From: an uncultured Gammaproteobacteria bacterium
GTDB lineage: Bacteria; Patescibacteriota; Patescibacteriia; Buchananbacterales; UBA6539
Assembly (NCBI GenBank): GCA_964535715.1
Contig: CAZHUO010000003.1
Location: 256-64,255 of the forward strand
Direction: 5' to 3'
DNA: 64,000 nucleotides
Part shown: positions 48,506 through 57,669 of the stretch, in pieces
Layout: each line of letters opens with the position of its first letter
Position numbering within the stretch: position 1 is the stretch's first letter
Translations under genes and position numbers: made by a program
The notes under the pieces: model-generated
Seen by the model: only the letters and a program-made list of their open reading frames with translations
Database searches by the model: none
What the model was told of the DNA's origin: nothing

Positions 48506-48535
48506 TAAAAAAAGAGACGGCGTTTAAGTCGTCTC
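48506..48535 (-). terminator. Minus-strand intrinsic terminator
   Basis: GAGACG...CGTCTC hairpin followed by T7 on the minus strand, downstream of the candidate small ORF. Confidence 0.55.
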
Positions 48536-48630
48536 GAATTCTTGTCGAATAACCAATTCGGTTATCCTTCTGAAATGCGGTTCTGTCTCTATTGGCCAAT
48601 AAATAGGTTTAAAATAATATTCCCATTGTG

Positions 48631-48738
48631 GTCAGGAAATGCCTTTTGTCTGAAGCCGAAACCGCCGGCGGCTTTTTTTTTCCACCATATCAAGCGGCTC
48701 GTGGTCGCCAAGGGAGACCAGTCTTCGGTTTCTTTTCA
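48631..48738 (-). CDS. Candidate 35-aa basic small protein (MKRNRRLVSLGDHEPLDMVEKKSRRRFRLQTKGIS)
   Basis: A perfect AGGAGG sits 7 nt upstream of the ATG. A hairpin and T-tract terminator lie downstream. No homology recognised. Confidence 0.25.
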
Positions 48739-48846
48739 TGTTTATTTCCTCCTATTTGTTGTGTTATTTTAACCGGAACAAGGAATGCTAGCATTTTTTA
48801 GGCATATTCCTCTCCCTCTGGTCATTTCGACCGAGTATTCATATAT

Positions 48847-48945
48847 CTTGTCACTCTGAACTTGCCTGCCCGCCGAAACGAAATGAAGGCGGGTTTCAGA
48901 GTCTCAAGACTTCCCTAGATCCTGAACCAAGTTCAGGATGACAAA
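48847..48945 (-). mobile_element. MITE-like / structured repeat element, copy X (terminal inverted repeats TTTGTCA(T/C)(C/T)CTGAACTTG)
   Basis: About 95% identical to the reverse complement of 61510-61608. It is embedded in a ~235-bp unit (48833-49067) that is also conserved. Confidence 0.65.
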
Positions 48946-49036
48946 AATGACAAGTACTGTAAGCTCAGATGAACGGCGACGGAACAAATAATTTGCATGA
49001 GCGTATTCGTAGTACGCCATGAAAGGCTCCGGAACA

Positions 49037-49067
49037 TAAAAAAACCGCTTAGCATTTGCTAAGCGGG
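49037..49067 (-). terminator. Minus-strand intrinsic terminator after the metallophosphoesterase gene
   Basis: CCGCTTAGCAAATGCTAAGCGG hairpin followed by T7. Confidence 0.6.
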
Positions 49068-49081
49068 CTGTTTCAAAAAAA

Positions 49082-50209
49082 TTATTCTGCATACGGCAGG
49101 CATGGTCCTGGCCGCGGAACAGTGCCAAAAGTAATCGCACGGCGCGGCAGTTCAATAATACAATAGGATCGGCTACTAATTACGTCGCCTGGATCGATAA
49201 AATACAGGCGCTCATTTTTTTCAAAGACCGTACGATAACTTCCGCCAAATAGGACAAACTTAACTTCCCTATGATTGGCCAGAAATTTCATAGACCAGCT
49301 GTCCAGATCAAACATGCTGTCTCCAAAGATTTCCTGGCAAAGATTAGAACCAACAAAAAATTGATAGTGGCCGAATTGCATAATAGGGTTTTCTTCATTT
49401 AGAACTATCCAATTTTTGTTTTCGCCAAGTATCTTTTTGCAATCAAATTCCATAACAGAATCAAGCCAGCAATGGACCGTGAAATCAGCAAGATCCTTCC
49501 GGCAGACATCTTCTTTTTGGATATTGCAGCAAATAACCAAGTCAGTTACTCCTTCAGCCTTCATGATCTCGATTAGGCTGGGCCAATAGGTTTTGTCTTT
49601 TTTAGAGATATGATCCGTATCAGCAATAACACAGATTTTGATAATATCTTTTTGGAGAATCGGTTCCATTGGCAAACGGGTAAAGGTTATTAAACCGGAA
49701 TCCGGATCAAGCAAAGTATACTCATATTTCTCTTCCACATAGCCGGGATTAATCAAGCTAATAACCGGATCTCTTAAGAAATATTGAAAATGGCTATGCC
49801 CGCAAAAGACATATCGAATGCCGTCATTTTCCATGCGAATCTCTTCGATTTTTTGCCTTACTTTATCGGTTGATTTGGTCAAACATTCCCAGCCAATCAT
49901 ATGACCAAGATAAATATCATGGACATAGACTTTTACAATTCTTTCGCCCCGTCTAGTAATTTGCCAATTATAAGGACGTCTATTCAAATCAAATTTGCCA
50001 TCAAAGTCACTGGGAATAAATGCTACAGCCACTGGCAAATCCAAGAACGTTTCTGAATTAAAATGTCTTGGATCAAGGTCGCCGGTATGAATTACCTGGG
50101 TGATTCCATGATTTTTCATTTCATATTCAGTGATTATTCTTTGGGCGCCAAAAGAATCCTTGTGGGAATCTCCAATAACAAGCCATGTTTGTTTAGTTTT
50201 TTTAGTCAT
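49082..50209 (-). CDS. Metallophosphoesterase (calcineurin-like) family protein
   Basis: LVIGDSH, GD...D and VFCGHSH metallophosphatase motifs. Confidence 0.65.
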   Translation of the reverse strand: MTKKTKQTWLVIGDSHKDSFGAQRIITEYEMKNHGITQVIHTGDLDPRHFNSETFLDLPVAVAFIPSDFDGKFDLNRRPYNWQITRRGERIVKVYVHDIYLGHMIGWECLTKSTDKVRQKIEEIRMENDGIRYVFCGHSHFQYFLRDPVISLINPGYVEEKYEYTLLDPDSGLITFTRLPMEPILQKDIIKICVIADTDHISKKDKTYWPSLIEIMKAEGVTDLVICCNIQKEDVCRKDLADFTVHCWLDSVMEFDCKKILGENKNWIVLNEENPIMQFGHYQFFVGSNLCQEIFGDSMFDLDSWSMKFLANHREVKFVLFGGSYRTVFEKNERLYFIDPGDVISSRSYCIIELPRRAITFGTVPRPGPCLPYAE

Positions 50210-50612
50210 ATAACCTCCTGTTTCTGTTTTTGACCGTTAAAAAGCTGACATATTTATAAAAAGAACCAATACTTAAACATAGTGCTATTGGCTAAATTTG
50301 TCAAATCCTAATATAATAAAAAAAGATGAGCTTTTATACTCATCAATCATTTGAAGAAAGATCATCAGCTGTTTGTTTGGACAAAAAATTTTTCAATTTT
50401 TGGATAATTATTATCCCAATCCAAATCGCTGCTGCGCCGAAAAATCCCACATGCTGGTTTCCCTCGCTATCTAAAAGAAGAAAGCCAATTGTAACAAATA
50501 TTATTTAGCCAAACATACTAAATACTTTCATTGCTACTTTTCTCTATTGGTTAAATTTACATTATTATTTAAGTCTTTATATTATAAATTGTTAAGTATA
50601 TTAGAGTAAATT

Positions 50613-52187
50613 ATGGCCAATTTAACGGAAAAAATCAATCAAGCGCCAAGCCAGCCGGGCTGCTATTTATTCCAAAATAAGTTTGGTAAGGTTATTTATA
50701 TTGGCAAAGCAAGGAATATAAAAAAAAGGGTTAACAGTTATTTCCAAAAAAAAGGACTTGATATTAAAACCCAAAATTTAGTTTCCGAAATCACTAATGT
50801 GGAATTTTTTGTCACTGATAATGAAGTCGAGGCATTTTTATTAGAAGCACAACTGATAAAGAAATACCAGCCTAAATATAATCTTGAGCTTAAGGGCGGC
50901 CAGCGCTATGCTTATATTGAAATTACTGATGATAAATTTCCGCGATTGTTGACTACCCGCAACATTAAAAAAGGTGATAAAGTTTTCGGACCGTATTCTT
51001 CTGGTTCTTCCCGCCAGGAAATGATTCGGCTGGCCAATAGTCTTTTTAAGCTTCGGATTTGCAAACGCCTGCCAAAACGATCCTGCCTTCTTTACCATAT
51101 TAAACAATGCAGTGCACCATGCATTGGTAAAATTTCTCAATCAGATTACCAAAAAAATATTTCTAAAGTTGAAATGCTTTTGAAAGGAAAAACTAAGGAG
51201 TTAATTGATAGTCTGGAGCAGGAGATGAAAGAATATTCAGCCGAACTTAATTATGAGCTGGCAAAAACAAAGCGCGACCAGATTTTGGCGCTTGAGCATA
51301 TTTCGGAAAAACAAAAAATCGAGCTTAGAAAAGCCTATGACCAAGATGTCATAAACTATATCCAAAGACCGAATAAATTAATTGTTCAGCTGTTTAATAT
51401 CAACAAAGGGATAATTTCGGGCCGCAAAGAATTCAAGATTGCTACAGTATTAAGTTCTAATGCTGAAGAAAATTTTTTTGATTTTCTCAGGCAGTATTAT
51501 TATACCGAAGATATTCCGCAGGAAATTATTTTGCCAATCAAGCTAAGAGAGCAGAATTTGCTTGAAAAATTTTTAAGTAAAATTGTCGAAAGGGAAATAA
51601 GAATTACCATACCGCGAAAAGGCGATAAACTGAAGCTTTTGGAGTTAGTTTTAAAAAATATTGAAGTTGGATTAAGCCTTGGTGAAAACAGTTTGCTTGA
51701 ATTGCAGAACAAACTTAATTTGCCAAATTTGCCGCAGATAATTGAAGCCTTTGATGTTTCTAATCTGGGTCCAACCGATGTGGTTGGCTCGATGGTAAAT
51801 TTTAAGGGTGGTAAGCCCGATAAAAATGAATACCGCCGTTTTAAAATAAAAACTTTTATTGGCCAGTCAGATTTTGATGCAATGAAAGAAATAATCTACC
51901 GCCGCTATTATAAAATTACTAAGGAAAAATCAAAGCTGCCTGATTTAATTATGGTTGACGGCGGCAAGCCACAGCTTACTGCTGCTCTAATTTCACTGCG
52001 CGAGCTCGGACTGCAGCTTGCGGTAATTGCCTTGGCTAAAAAAGAAGAAGAAATTTATACGCCTAACAACCGCTATCCTTTGCGGCTTTCAAAAAGGTCA
52101 GCCAGTTTAAAATTACTTCAGAAAATTAGGGACGAAGCCCACCGCTTTGCGATAAATTACCAGCGGCTGTTGCGGAGTAAGAGATAG
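50613..52187 (+). CDS. uvrC: Excinuclease ABC subunit C, short form lacking the C-terminal (HhH)2 region
   Basis: GIY-YIG N-terminus (PGCYLFQN...GKVIYIGKARNIKKR), UvrBC-interaction region and RNase-H-like endonuclease domain. The protein ends at ...RDEAHRFAINYQRLLRSKR. Confidence 0.8.
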   Translation: MANLTEKINQAPSQPGCYLFQNKFGKVIYIGKARNIKKRVNSYFQKKGLDIKTQNLVSEITNVEFFVTDNEVEAFLLEAQLIKKYQPKYNLELKGGQRYAYIEITDDKFPRLLTTRNIKKGDKVFGPYSSGSSRQEMIRLANSLFKLRICKRLPKRSCLLYHIKQCSAPCIGKISQSDYQKNISKVEMLLKGKTKELIDSLEQEMKEYSAELNYELAKTKRDQILALEHISEKQKIELRKAYDQDVINYIQRPNKLIVQLFNINKGIISGRKEFKIATVLSSNAEENFFDFLRQYYYTEDIPQEIILPIKLREQNLLEKFLSKIVEREIRITIPRKGDKLKLLELVLKNIEVGLSLGENSLLELQNKLNLPNLPQIIEAFDVSNLGPTDVVGSMVNFKGGKPDKNEYRRFKIKTFIGQSDFDAMKEIIYRRYYKITKEKSKLPDLIMVDGGKPQLTAALISLRELGLQLAVIALAKKEEEIYTPNNRYPLRLSKRSASLKLLQKIRDEAHRFAINYQRLLRSKR

Positions 52188-52281
52188 TAGAAATTATGTA
52201 ACATGAAACATGGAACAATTTGTTACGTATTTTATGTTATGTGTGTACATGATTTTTCTTTTTCTGCTATAATAATAATCT

Positions 52282-53508
52282 ATGCGTATTATCAAGATAA
52301 TAATTGCAGTTGTAGTTGTCGGCTTGATGCTGGCTTTTTTTGTTTGGTATAAGCCCAATTCAAATAAGCAATCGGAAAACAGCAATCAAAAAATAGAAGA
52401 AAAAATCGAAACGACATATACCAAAAGTTTCGAAGTGACCGAAGGTGCAACTTATGGGAGACTGATGGAGCAGGCAAGTACCAGTCCAAAAATAAGCCAG
52501 GCAATTTTTGAAGCCAGTAAAGAAGTTTATGACCTTACCAATGTCAGGCTGGGACGAAAGCTGGATTTGGTTTATGACAAAACAACTAACGACCTTCAAC
52601 AACTGATTTATCAAATTGATAGCGAAGAAAAATTATATGTAACCTTGCAGGCAAAAACAACCACTGCAACTTCAACCGAACCGGTATGGCTGGCCGAAAA
52701 AAAAATAATTCCTTATGAAATAAAAATTAAAACCGTTGAAGGGACAATTGAAACTTCAATGTGGGAATCTGGTTTAGCTCAAGGAATAGATGAGCGGGCG
52801 ATAATTGCTTTTGCCGATGTGCTTGAATGGAGTGTTGATTTTGCCTGGGAAGTAAGGAAAGGCGATAAATACAAATTTATTTACGAGGAACGCTATTTGA
52901 ACGATGAATATGTAATGCCGGGAAAAGTTTTAGCCGGGAAGTTTATCAATGACGGCAATAATTTTTATGCTTTTTATTATGAAGAGTCTAAAGACAAAAT
53001 CGGCTATTTCGACCAGGACGGAAATTCCGTTCAAAAAGTTTTTTTGAAAGCGCCTTTGGCTTTTAAATATATTTCTTCCGGCTTTACTACCGGCTTGCGC
53101 TATGTTGAAGCTTTTAACGTTTCAACCGGTCATCGGGCGGTTGATTATGCCGCGTCATTCGGCACGCCGATTCGATCTGTCGGCGACGGAACGATTATTT
53201 TTGCCGGCTGGAACGGCGCTTATGGCCGAATGGTCAAAGTCAGGCATAATTCAACTTATACGACAAACTACGGCCACATGTCGAAAATCGCCGTTAAAGT
53301 CGGCCAAAAGGTCAGCCAAAGCCAAACAATCGGCTATGTCGGCTCAACCGGCTTTTCCACCGGACCGCATTTGCATTACGAAATGGTAAAAAACGGAACA
53401 AAGATAAATCCGTTAAGAGAAGTTTTTCCAACAACTGAAGGAATTAAGGAAGAAAATAAGCAGGCTTATCAGGATGTAATAAAGGATTGGAAAAATCAGC
53501 TTGATTAA
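52282..53508 (+). CDS. M23 family metallopeptidase (LytM-like) with an N-terminal TM anchor
   Basis: HRAVDYAASFGTPIRSVGDGT ... GSTGFSTGPHLHYE (HxxxD and HxH M23 motifs). Confidence 0.85.
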   Translation: MRIIKIIIAVVVVGLMLAFFVWYKPNSNKQSENSNQKIEEKIETTYTKSFEVTEGATYGRLMEQASTSPKISQAIFEASKEVYDLTNVRLGRKLDLVYDKTTNDLQQLIYQIDSEEKLYVTLQAKTTTATSTEPVWLAEKKIIPYEIKIKTVEGTIETSMWESGLAQGIDERAIIAFADVLEWSVDFAWEVRKGDKYKFIYEERYLNDEYVMPGKVLAGKFINDGNNFYAFYYEESKDKIGYFDQDGNSVQKVFLKAPLAFKYISSGFTTGLRYVEAFNVSTGHRAVDYAASFGTPIRSVGDGTIIFAGWNGAYGRMVKVRHNSTYTTNYGHMSKIAVKVGQKVSQSQTIGYVGSTGFSTGPHLHYEMVKNGTKINPLREVFPTTEGIKEENKQAYQDVIKDWKNQLD

Positions 53509-53915
53509 AAAAGCCCGAATCAGCGGCTTTTTAAAAGCTAAACTGATTCGGGAGCGCCGTTAATTGGGGCCAACGGCAAATGCCCCTGGCTAGAGTCAGA
53601 AAAATTCTGGTTCACACATTAGTGTGAAAATTCCCCTAAGGTTAGGGAGATCCCGGTTCTTGTGCCTGCTTATGATAAACTTTCGATTTTGGTCGTGTGA
53701 CGTTGAGACCTATTTTCCGGCCGACTAAATCCCTCTCCCGCCAAGCAGGCAAGGCTATTATATTTTTTGGAGAGATATTTTAATTGTTATCTAATTTGTT
53801 TATGAAGTCAATGTTAAAAAAATATCATTATACTTTTACATATTTTATTTTCTATTTTATGTATTAATTTAGTTTCTTTTTTTCTCAATAAATGATAAGA
53901 TAACTATATAATAAT

Positions 53916-54134
53916 ATGTTTGCCCAAATCGCTTATTATCAAATTTTTGGAAAACCGTTAATAATGTATGGCGGTATATTAACTTTAGCTTTTTTATTAT
54001 TAACTGCATCTTTGCCTTATTTAGGAAAAAAAGGGATAATTAAGAATCATTTTGTCTTGCATAAAATAATGGCAATAATATCCATTTGCCTGGCTTTATT
54101 TCATGGTTTGTTGGGAGTTTTAGCCAATTTATAG
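53916..54134 (+). CDS. Small 2-TM membrane protein (hypothetical)
   Basis: Hydrophobicity only. Confidence 0.25.
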   Translation: MFAQIAYYQIFGKPLIMYGGILTLAFLLLTASLPYLGKKGIIKNHFVLHKIMAIISICLALFHGLLGVLANL

Positions 54135-54184
54135 CTAAATATAGTTAACTTGAAAAAACACAGCTTTTGTGTTATTTTTATTAT

Positions 54185-54529
54185 ATGAATATAAAAATTG
54201 TTATCGATAAAATTTTCTTGGCTGAAGTCAAAGAACTGGCTGAAAATGATTTAGGAGAAATGATAAAAGCTGTTGTTGATGTACAAAAAGGCGTTATGGC
54301 AATCGGCGGCGAATGGCATTCGGATGCCGAAAAAGTTTTACTAAAGGCAGGTAGTGGCCAAAAAGATTTATGGGGCATCAATTTGTTTCCCGGCCGAAGC
54401 AAAGAACAACTAATTGAGTTTACCTCATTGATTAATATTCGGCCTAAAGACGGCAACCTATCAATGATAATTGAAATTCCCGAAGTTAAAGAGAAAATTA
54501 TAAAAATAGTTAATGGATTAATTAATTAA
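54185..54529 (+). CDS. Hypothetical protein
   Basis: ORF on the operon strand. No recognisable motif. Confidence 0.4.
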   Translation: MNIKIVIDKIFLAEVKELAENDLGEMIKAVVDVQKGVMAIGGEWHSDAEKVLLKAGSGQKDLWGINLFPGRSKEQLIEFTSLINIRPKDGNLSMIIEIPEVKEKIIKIVNGLIN

Positions 54530-54539
54530 TTTTTTAGAA

Positions 54540-54845
54540 ATGGATATTAAGCGTTGGCAGGAATTTTCATTGGCTCAACAAATGGGTAATATCGCAAGCG
54601 AAGTCAGCCGCGCTTACTCTTTTGAGAAAAATAGAGATTTTGAACAAAAAAAAATGTCTTTAGAAAGGGTTTTGGAGATGATTGATGCAACAATTGATGA
54701 TAAGCGATATTTTGGCCGATTGAAGGAAATTTGCCTCCTGCGCGAAATTATTGCCGACTTTTACAGTCAAACCGGAAATTATTCGGTGACCTTGCCTGAT
54801 ATACTTCATTACTTAATGCCTTTTGCTTTGGCGGCGAGAAGATAA
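54540..54845 (+). CDS. Hypothetical protein
   Basis: ORF on the operon strand. No recognisable motif. Confidence 0.3.
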   Translation: MDIKRWQEFSLAQQMGNIASEVSRAYSFEKNRDFEQKKMSLERVLEMIDATIDDKRYFGRLKEICLLREIIADFYSQTGNYSVTLPDILHYLMPFALAARR

Positions 54846-54851
54846 AATTAT

Positions 54852-55517
54852 ATGGGAACACTATTTATCGTCGCAACGCCAATTGGCAATTTGGAAGATA
54901 TCACTTTGCGCGCCTTAAGAATTTTAAAAGAAGTTGATTTAATTGCCTGCGAAGACACGCGGGTGACAAAGAGACTATTGGAACATTATCAAATTGATAA
55001 GCAGGTAATAAGTTATCATCAGCATAGCCAAGTCGGTAAAGTTGATTTTTTGCTGGAAAAATTAAAACAAGGAAAAAATATTGCCTTGGTATCAGACGCC
55101 GGAACACCTGGAATTTCCGATCCGGGAGGACTTCTGGTTTCAGCGGCGGCAAGCGAGGGGATTAAAGTTGAAGCAATTGTCGGACCAAGTGCCTTGACTG
55201 CGGCATTGTCGATTTCCGGACTGCCGACAGACAAATTTTTATTTTTGGGATTTTTGCCTCATAAAAAAGGCAGAGAGACTCTGATTAAAGAAATTATTGA
55301 GTCAAAATATACTATTGTTTTTTATGAATCGGTTCATCGGATTATTAAGGCGCTTGGGCAGTTAAACGAGGCGGGCTTAGAGAGAAAAGTTGTTGTTTGT
55401 CGCGAACTGACCAAGAAGTTTGAAACAGTCTACCGGGGTAAAATTAATGAAGTTTTGAAGCTATTACAAGATGACCAGGTTAAGGGGGAATTTGTGGTCA
55501 TAATTTCAGCAAGATAA
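54852..55517 (+). CDS. rsmI: 16S rRNA (cytidine1402-2'-O)-methyltransferase
   Basis: Tetrapyrrole-methylase-fold motifs GTLFIVATPIGNLEDIT, ACEDTR and GTPGISDPG. Confidence 0.85.
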   Translation: MGTLFIVATPIGNLEDITLRALRILKEVDLIACEDTRVTKRLLEHYQIDKQVISYHQHSQVGKVDFLLEKLKQGKNIALVSDAGTPGISDPGGLLVSAAASEGIKVEAIVGPSALTAALSISGLPTDKFLFLGFLPHKKGRETLIKEIIESKYTIVFYESVHRIIKALGQLNEAGLERKVVVCRELTKKFETVYRGKINEVLKLLQDDQVKGEFVVIISAR

Positions 55518-55600
55518 GTATTAAGCAAGATAGGCAAGATAAGTTTCTAATAAAATTATCTTGCTTATCTCGCCTATCTTGCTTATCTTGCTTAATAAAT

Positions 55601-57028
55601 ATGTCAAAGAAATTCTACATAACTACCGCCATACCGTACGTTAATGCCAGTCCGCACATTGGCTTTGCCTTGGAATTGGTTCAAACAGATGTTATTGCCA
55701 GATATTATAAGCAGAAAGGACGCGATGTTTTCTTTTTAACCGGTGCTGATGAAAATAGCTTAAAAAACGTTCAAGCGGCCGAAAAAGAGAAAATTACAAC
55801 CAGGCAATTGGTTGACAAAAATACTCAGAAATTTATTGACTTAACTAAGGCTTTGAATATTTCAAATAATGATTTTATCAGGACTGTTTCGGAAAAGCAT
55901 TTTTTAGGCGCTCAAAAGCTTTGGTCTGCCTGCAAAAAAGAAGATATTTATAAAAAGAAATACAAAGGTCTTTACTGTGTGGGTTGTGAGCAGTTTTATG
56001 CTGAAAAAGAGCTGGTTGACGGCAAATGTCCGGAGCACCAAAAAGAGCCGGAAGTAATAGAAGAAGAAAATTATTTTTTTAAATTGTCAAATTATCAAAA
56101 ACAGCTTGAAAAATTAATTGAATCGGATGAATATGAAGTCGTGCCTAAAACCAGGAAAAATGAAGTTTTGAGTTTTATCCGCATGGGTTTGGAAGATTTC
56201 TCGATTTCCCGATCTCAGGCTCGTGCAAAAAATTGGGGTGTTCCTGTACCAGGCGATGAATCGCAGGTTATGTATGTCTGGTTTGACGCTTTAAGCAATT
56301 ATATTACCGCTTTAGATTATGATAAGAAAGGAAAAGATTTTAAAAATTACTGGCCGGCTGATGTTCATGTAATTGGTAAAGGGATAATTCGTTTTCATGC
56401 CGTTTACTGGCCGGCGATGCTTCTTTCGGCGGGGATACCTTTGCCGAAAAAGCTTTTTGTTCACGGTTACATAAACATTGGAGGGGGAAAAATGTCAAAA
56501 TCTCTAGGTAATGTTATTGACCCTTTTGAATTGGTAAAAAAATATGGAATTGAGCCGGTTCGTTATTATCTTTTGCGCTACATTCACCCAATCCAAGATA
56601 GCGATTTTAGCATCGAAAAATTTGAAGAGTCTTATAATTCCGATTTAGCCAACGGCTTGGGAAATCTTGTCAGCCGAGTGGCCGGCCTTATTGAGCAGAA
56701 TAATATAAAAATTAAAATGAAATTGCCAAAAGAAGATGAAAAATTTTCTAAATTGGTGGAATCTTTCAGCTTTGACCAGGCTTTAAAGTATGTCTGGTAT
56801 AAGATTTCCGAAGTTGATGGAAAAATTTCAAGCGCTAAGCCATGGTCTTTGGCAAAGGAAGGAAAAACAAAGGAAGTTGCGGATATTTTAAATCAGGCGG
56901 CAAATGATGTTTTACAGATAAGCTATCTGCTAAAGCCATTTTTACCGTCGGTTTCAGTCAGTATAAAAAATATTTTCTTTTCCTTAAAAATTGTTAAAGG
57001 TGATCCGCTTTTCCCGCGGTTAAACTAA
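55601..57028 (+). CDS. metG: Methionine--tRNA ligase (catalytic core only). Its HIGH motif reads HIGF.
   Basis: PYVNASPHIGF, zinc knuckle CVGCEQ...CPEH, YVWFDAL and KMSKS. Confidence 0.85.
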   Translation: MSKKFYITTAIPYVNASPHIGFALELVQTDVIARYYKQKGRDVFFLTGADENSLKNVQAAEKEKITTRQLVDKNTQKFIDLTKALNISNNDFIRTVSEKHFLGAQKLWSACKKEDIYKKKYKGLYCVGCEQFYAEKELVDGKCPEHQKEPEVIEEENYFFKLSNYQKQLEKLIESDEYEVVPKTRKNEVLSFIRMGLEDFSISRSQARAKNWGVPVPGDESQVMYVWFDALSNYITALDYDKKGKDFKNYWPADVHVIGKGIIRFHAVYWPAMLLSAGIPLPKKLFVHGYINIGGGKMSKSLGNVIDPFELVKKYGIEPVRYYLLRYIHPIQDSDFSIEKFEESYNSDLANGLGNLVSRVAGLIEQNNIKIKMKLPKEDEKFSKLVESFSFDQALKYVWYKISEVDGKISSAKPWSLAKEGKTKEVADILNQAANDVLQISYLLKPFLPSVSVSIKNIFFSLKIVKGDPLFPRLN

Positions 57029-57032
57029 TTAA

Positions 57033-57140
57033 TTTGTCATGCTAACTGCCTACCAGATAAGCAGGCTTGTTTCGGCACCTTGTAGCCAAGGCTATGAGAC
57101 CCTGAAATAAACCTGCCAGCAGGCAGGTTCAGGGTGACAA
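57033..57140 (+). mobile_element. Divergent third copy (Z) of the MITE-like / structured element
   Basis: 5' TTGTCATGCTAACT and 3' GCAGGTTCAGGGTGACAA match the termini of X and Y. Internal blocks TGAGACCCTGAAA..CCTGCC and TTGTTTCGGC are rearranged relative to X and Y. Confidence 0.45.
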
Positions 57141-57150
57141 TAATAAAAAT

Positions 57151-57669
57151 ATGTTTATAACAATTCTTGATTTGATTTTAATTTTAATTCTTTTTATTTT
57201 TATTTCCTTCGGCTTTGCTTTAGGGCTGGTTCAGACAGTGGGAGCATTGATCGGAGTGGTTCTTGGCGCCTGGGCGGCAGGAGCATGGTATGAACCTTTG
57301 GGTCTATGGCTTCAGGATATAACGCTTGGCAATGCCGCTTTTTCGAGAATTATCGCCTTTGTTGCAATTTTTGTGATTATTAACCGCCTAGTTGGTCTTA
57401 TTTTTTATATTATAAATAAAATATTTAATTTGATTTCAATTATACCTTTTGCTAAAAGCCTTAATCGTATCATGGGGGCTTTTTTAGGGGCTTTGGAAGG
57501 TGTTTTGGTATTAGGTCTGATACTTTATTTTGTTTCCCGCTTTGCTTTTACTGATTGGATTATTAATGTACTAACCGCTTCCAAAATGGCAATGTTTTTG
57601 GTTTGGGTTGCCAATATATTGGCGCCGCTTTTGCCGGAAATTTTAAGACAGCTTAAGTCGGTTATTTAA
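57151..57669 (+). CDS. cvpA: CvpA-family membrane protein
   Basis: N-terminal ILDLILILILFIFISFGFALGLVQTVGALIGVVLG pattern and four TM helices. Confidence 0.6.
   Translation: MFITILDLILILILFIFISFGFALGLVQTVGALIGVVLGAWAAGAWYEPLGLWLQDITLGNAAFSRIIAFVAIFVIINRLVGLIFYIINKIFNLISIIPFAKSLNRIMGAFLGALEGVLVLGLILYFVSRFAFTDWIINVLTASKMAMFLVWVANILAPLLPEILRQLKSVI

Noticed and set aside
48542-48772. 76-aa plus ORF
   Set aside because: It is antisense to the better-supported minus-strand small ORF with a perfect SD. It has no RBS of its own.
52194-52614. Minus-strand ORFs overlapping the uvrC 3' end and the M23 peptidase 5' end
   Set aside because: They are antisense to well-supported genes and to the promoter region.
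53640-53760. ZTP (pfl) riboswitch or SRP RNA
   Set aside because: Only short motif resemblances (GGTCGTGTGAC, CCGGCCGAC, AAGCAGGCAAGGC). Conserved pseudoknot and GGAA tetraloop contexts are missing, and the downstream genes are not purine, folate or secretion related.
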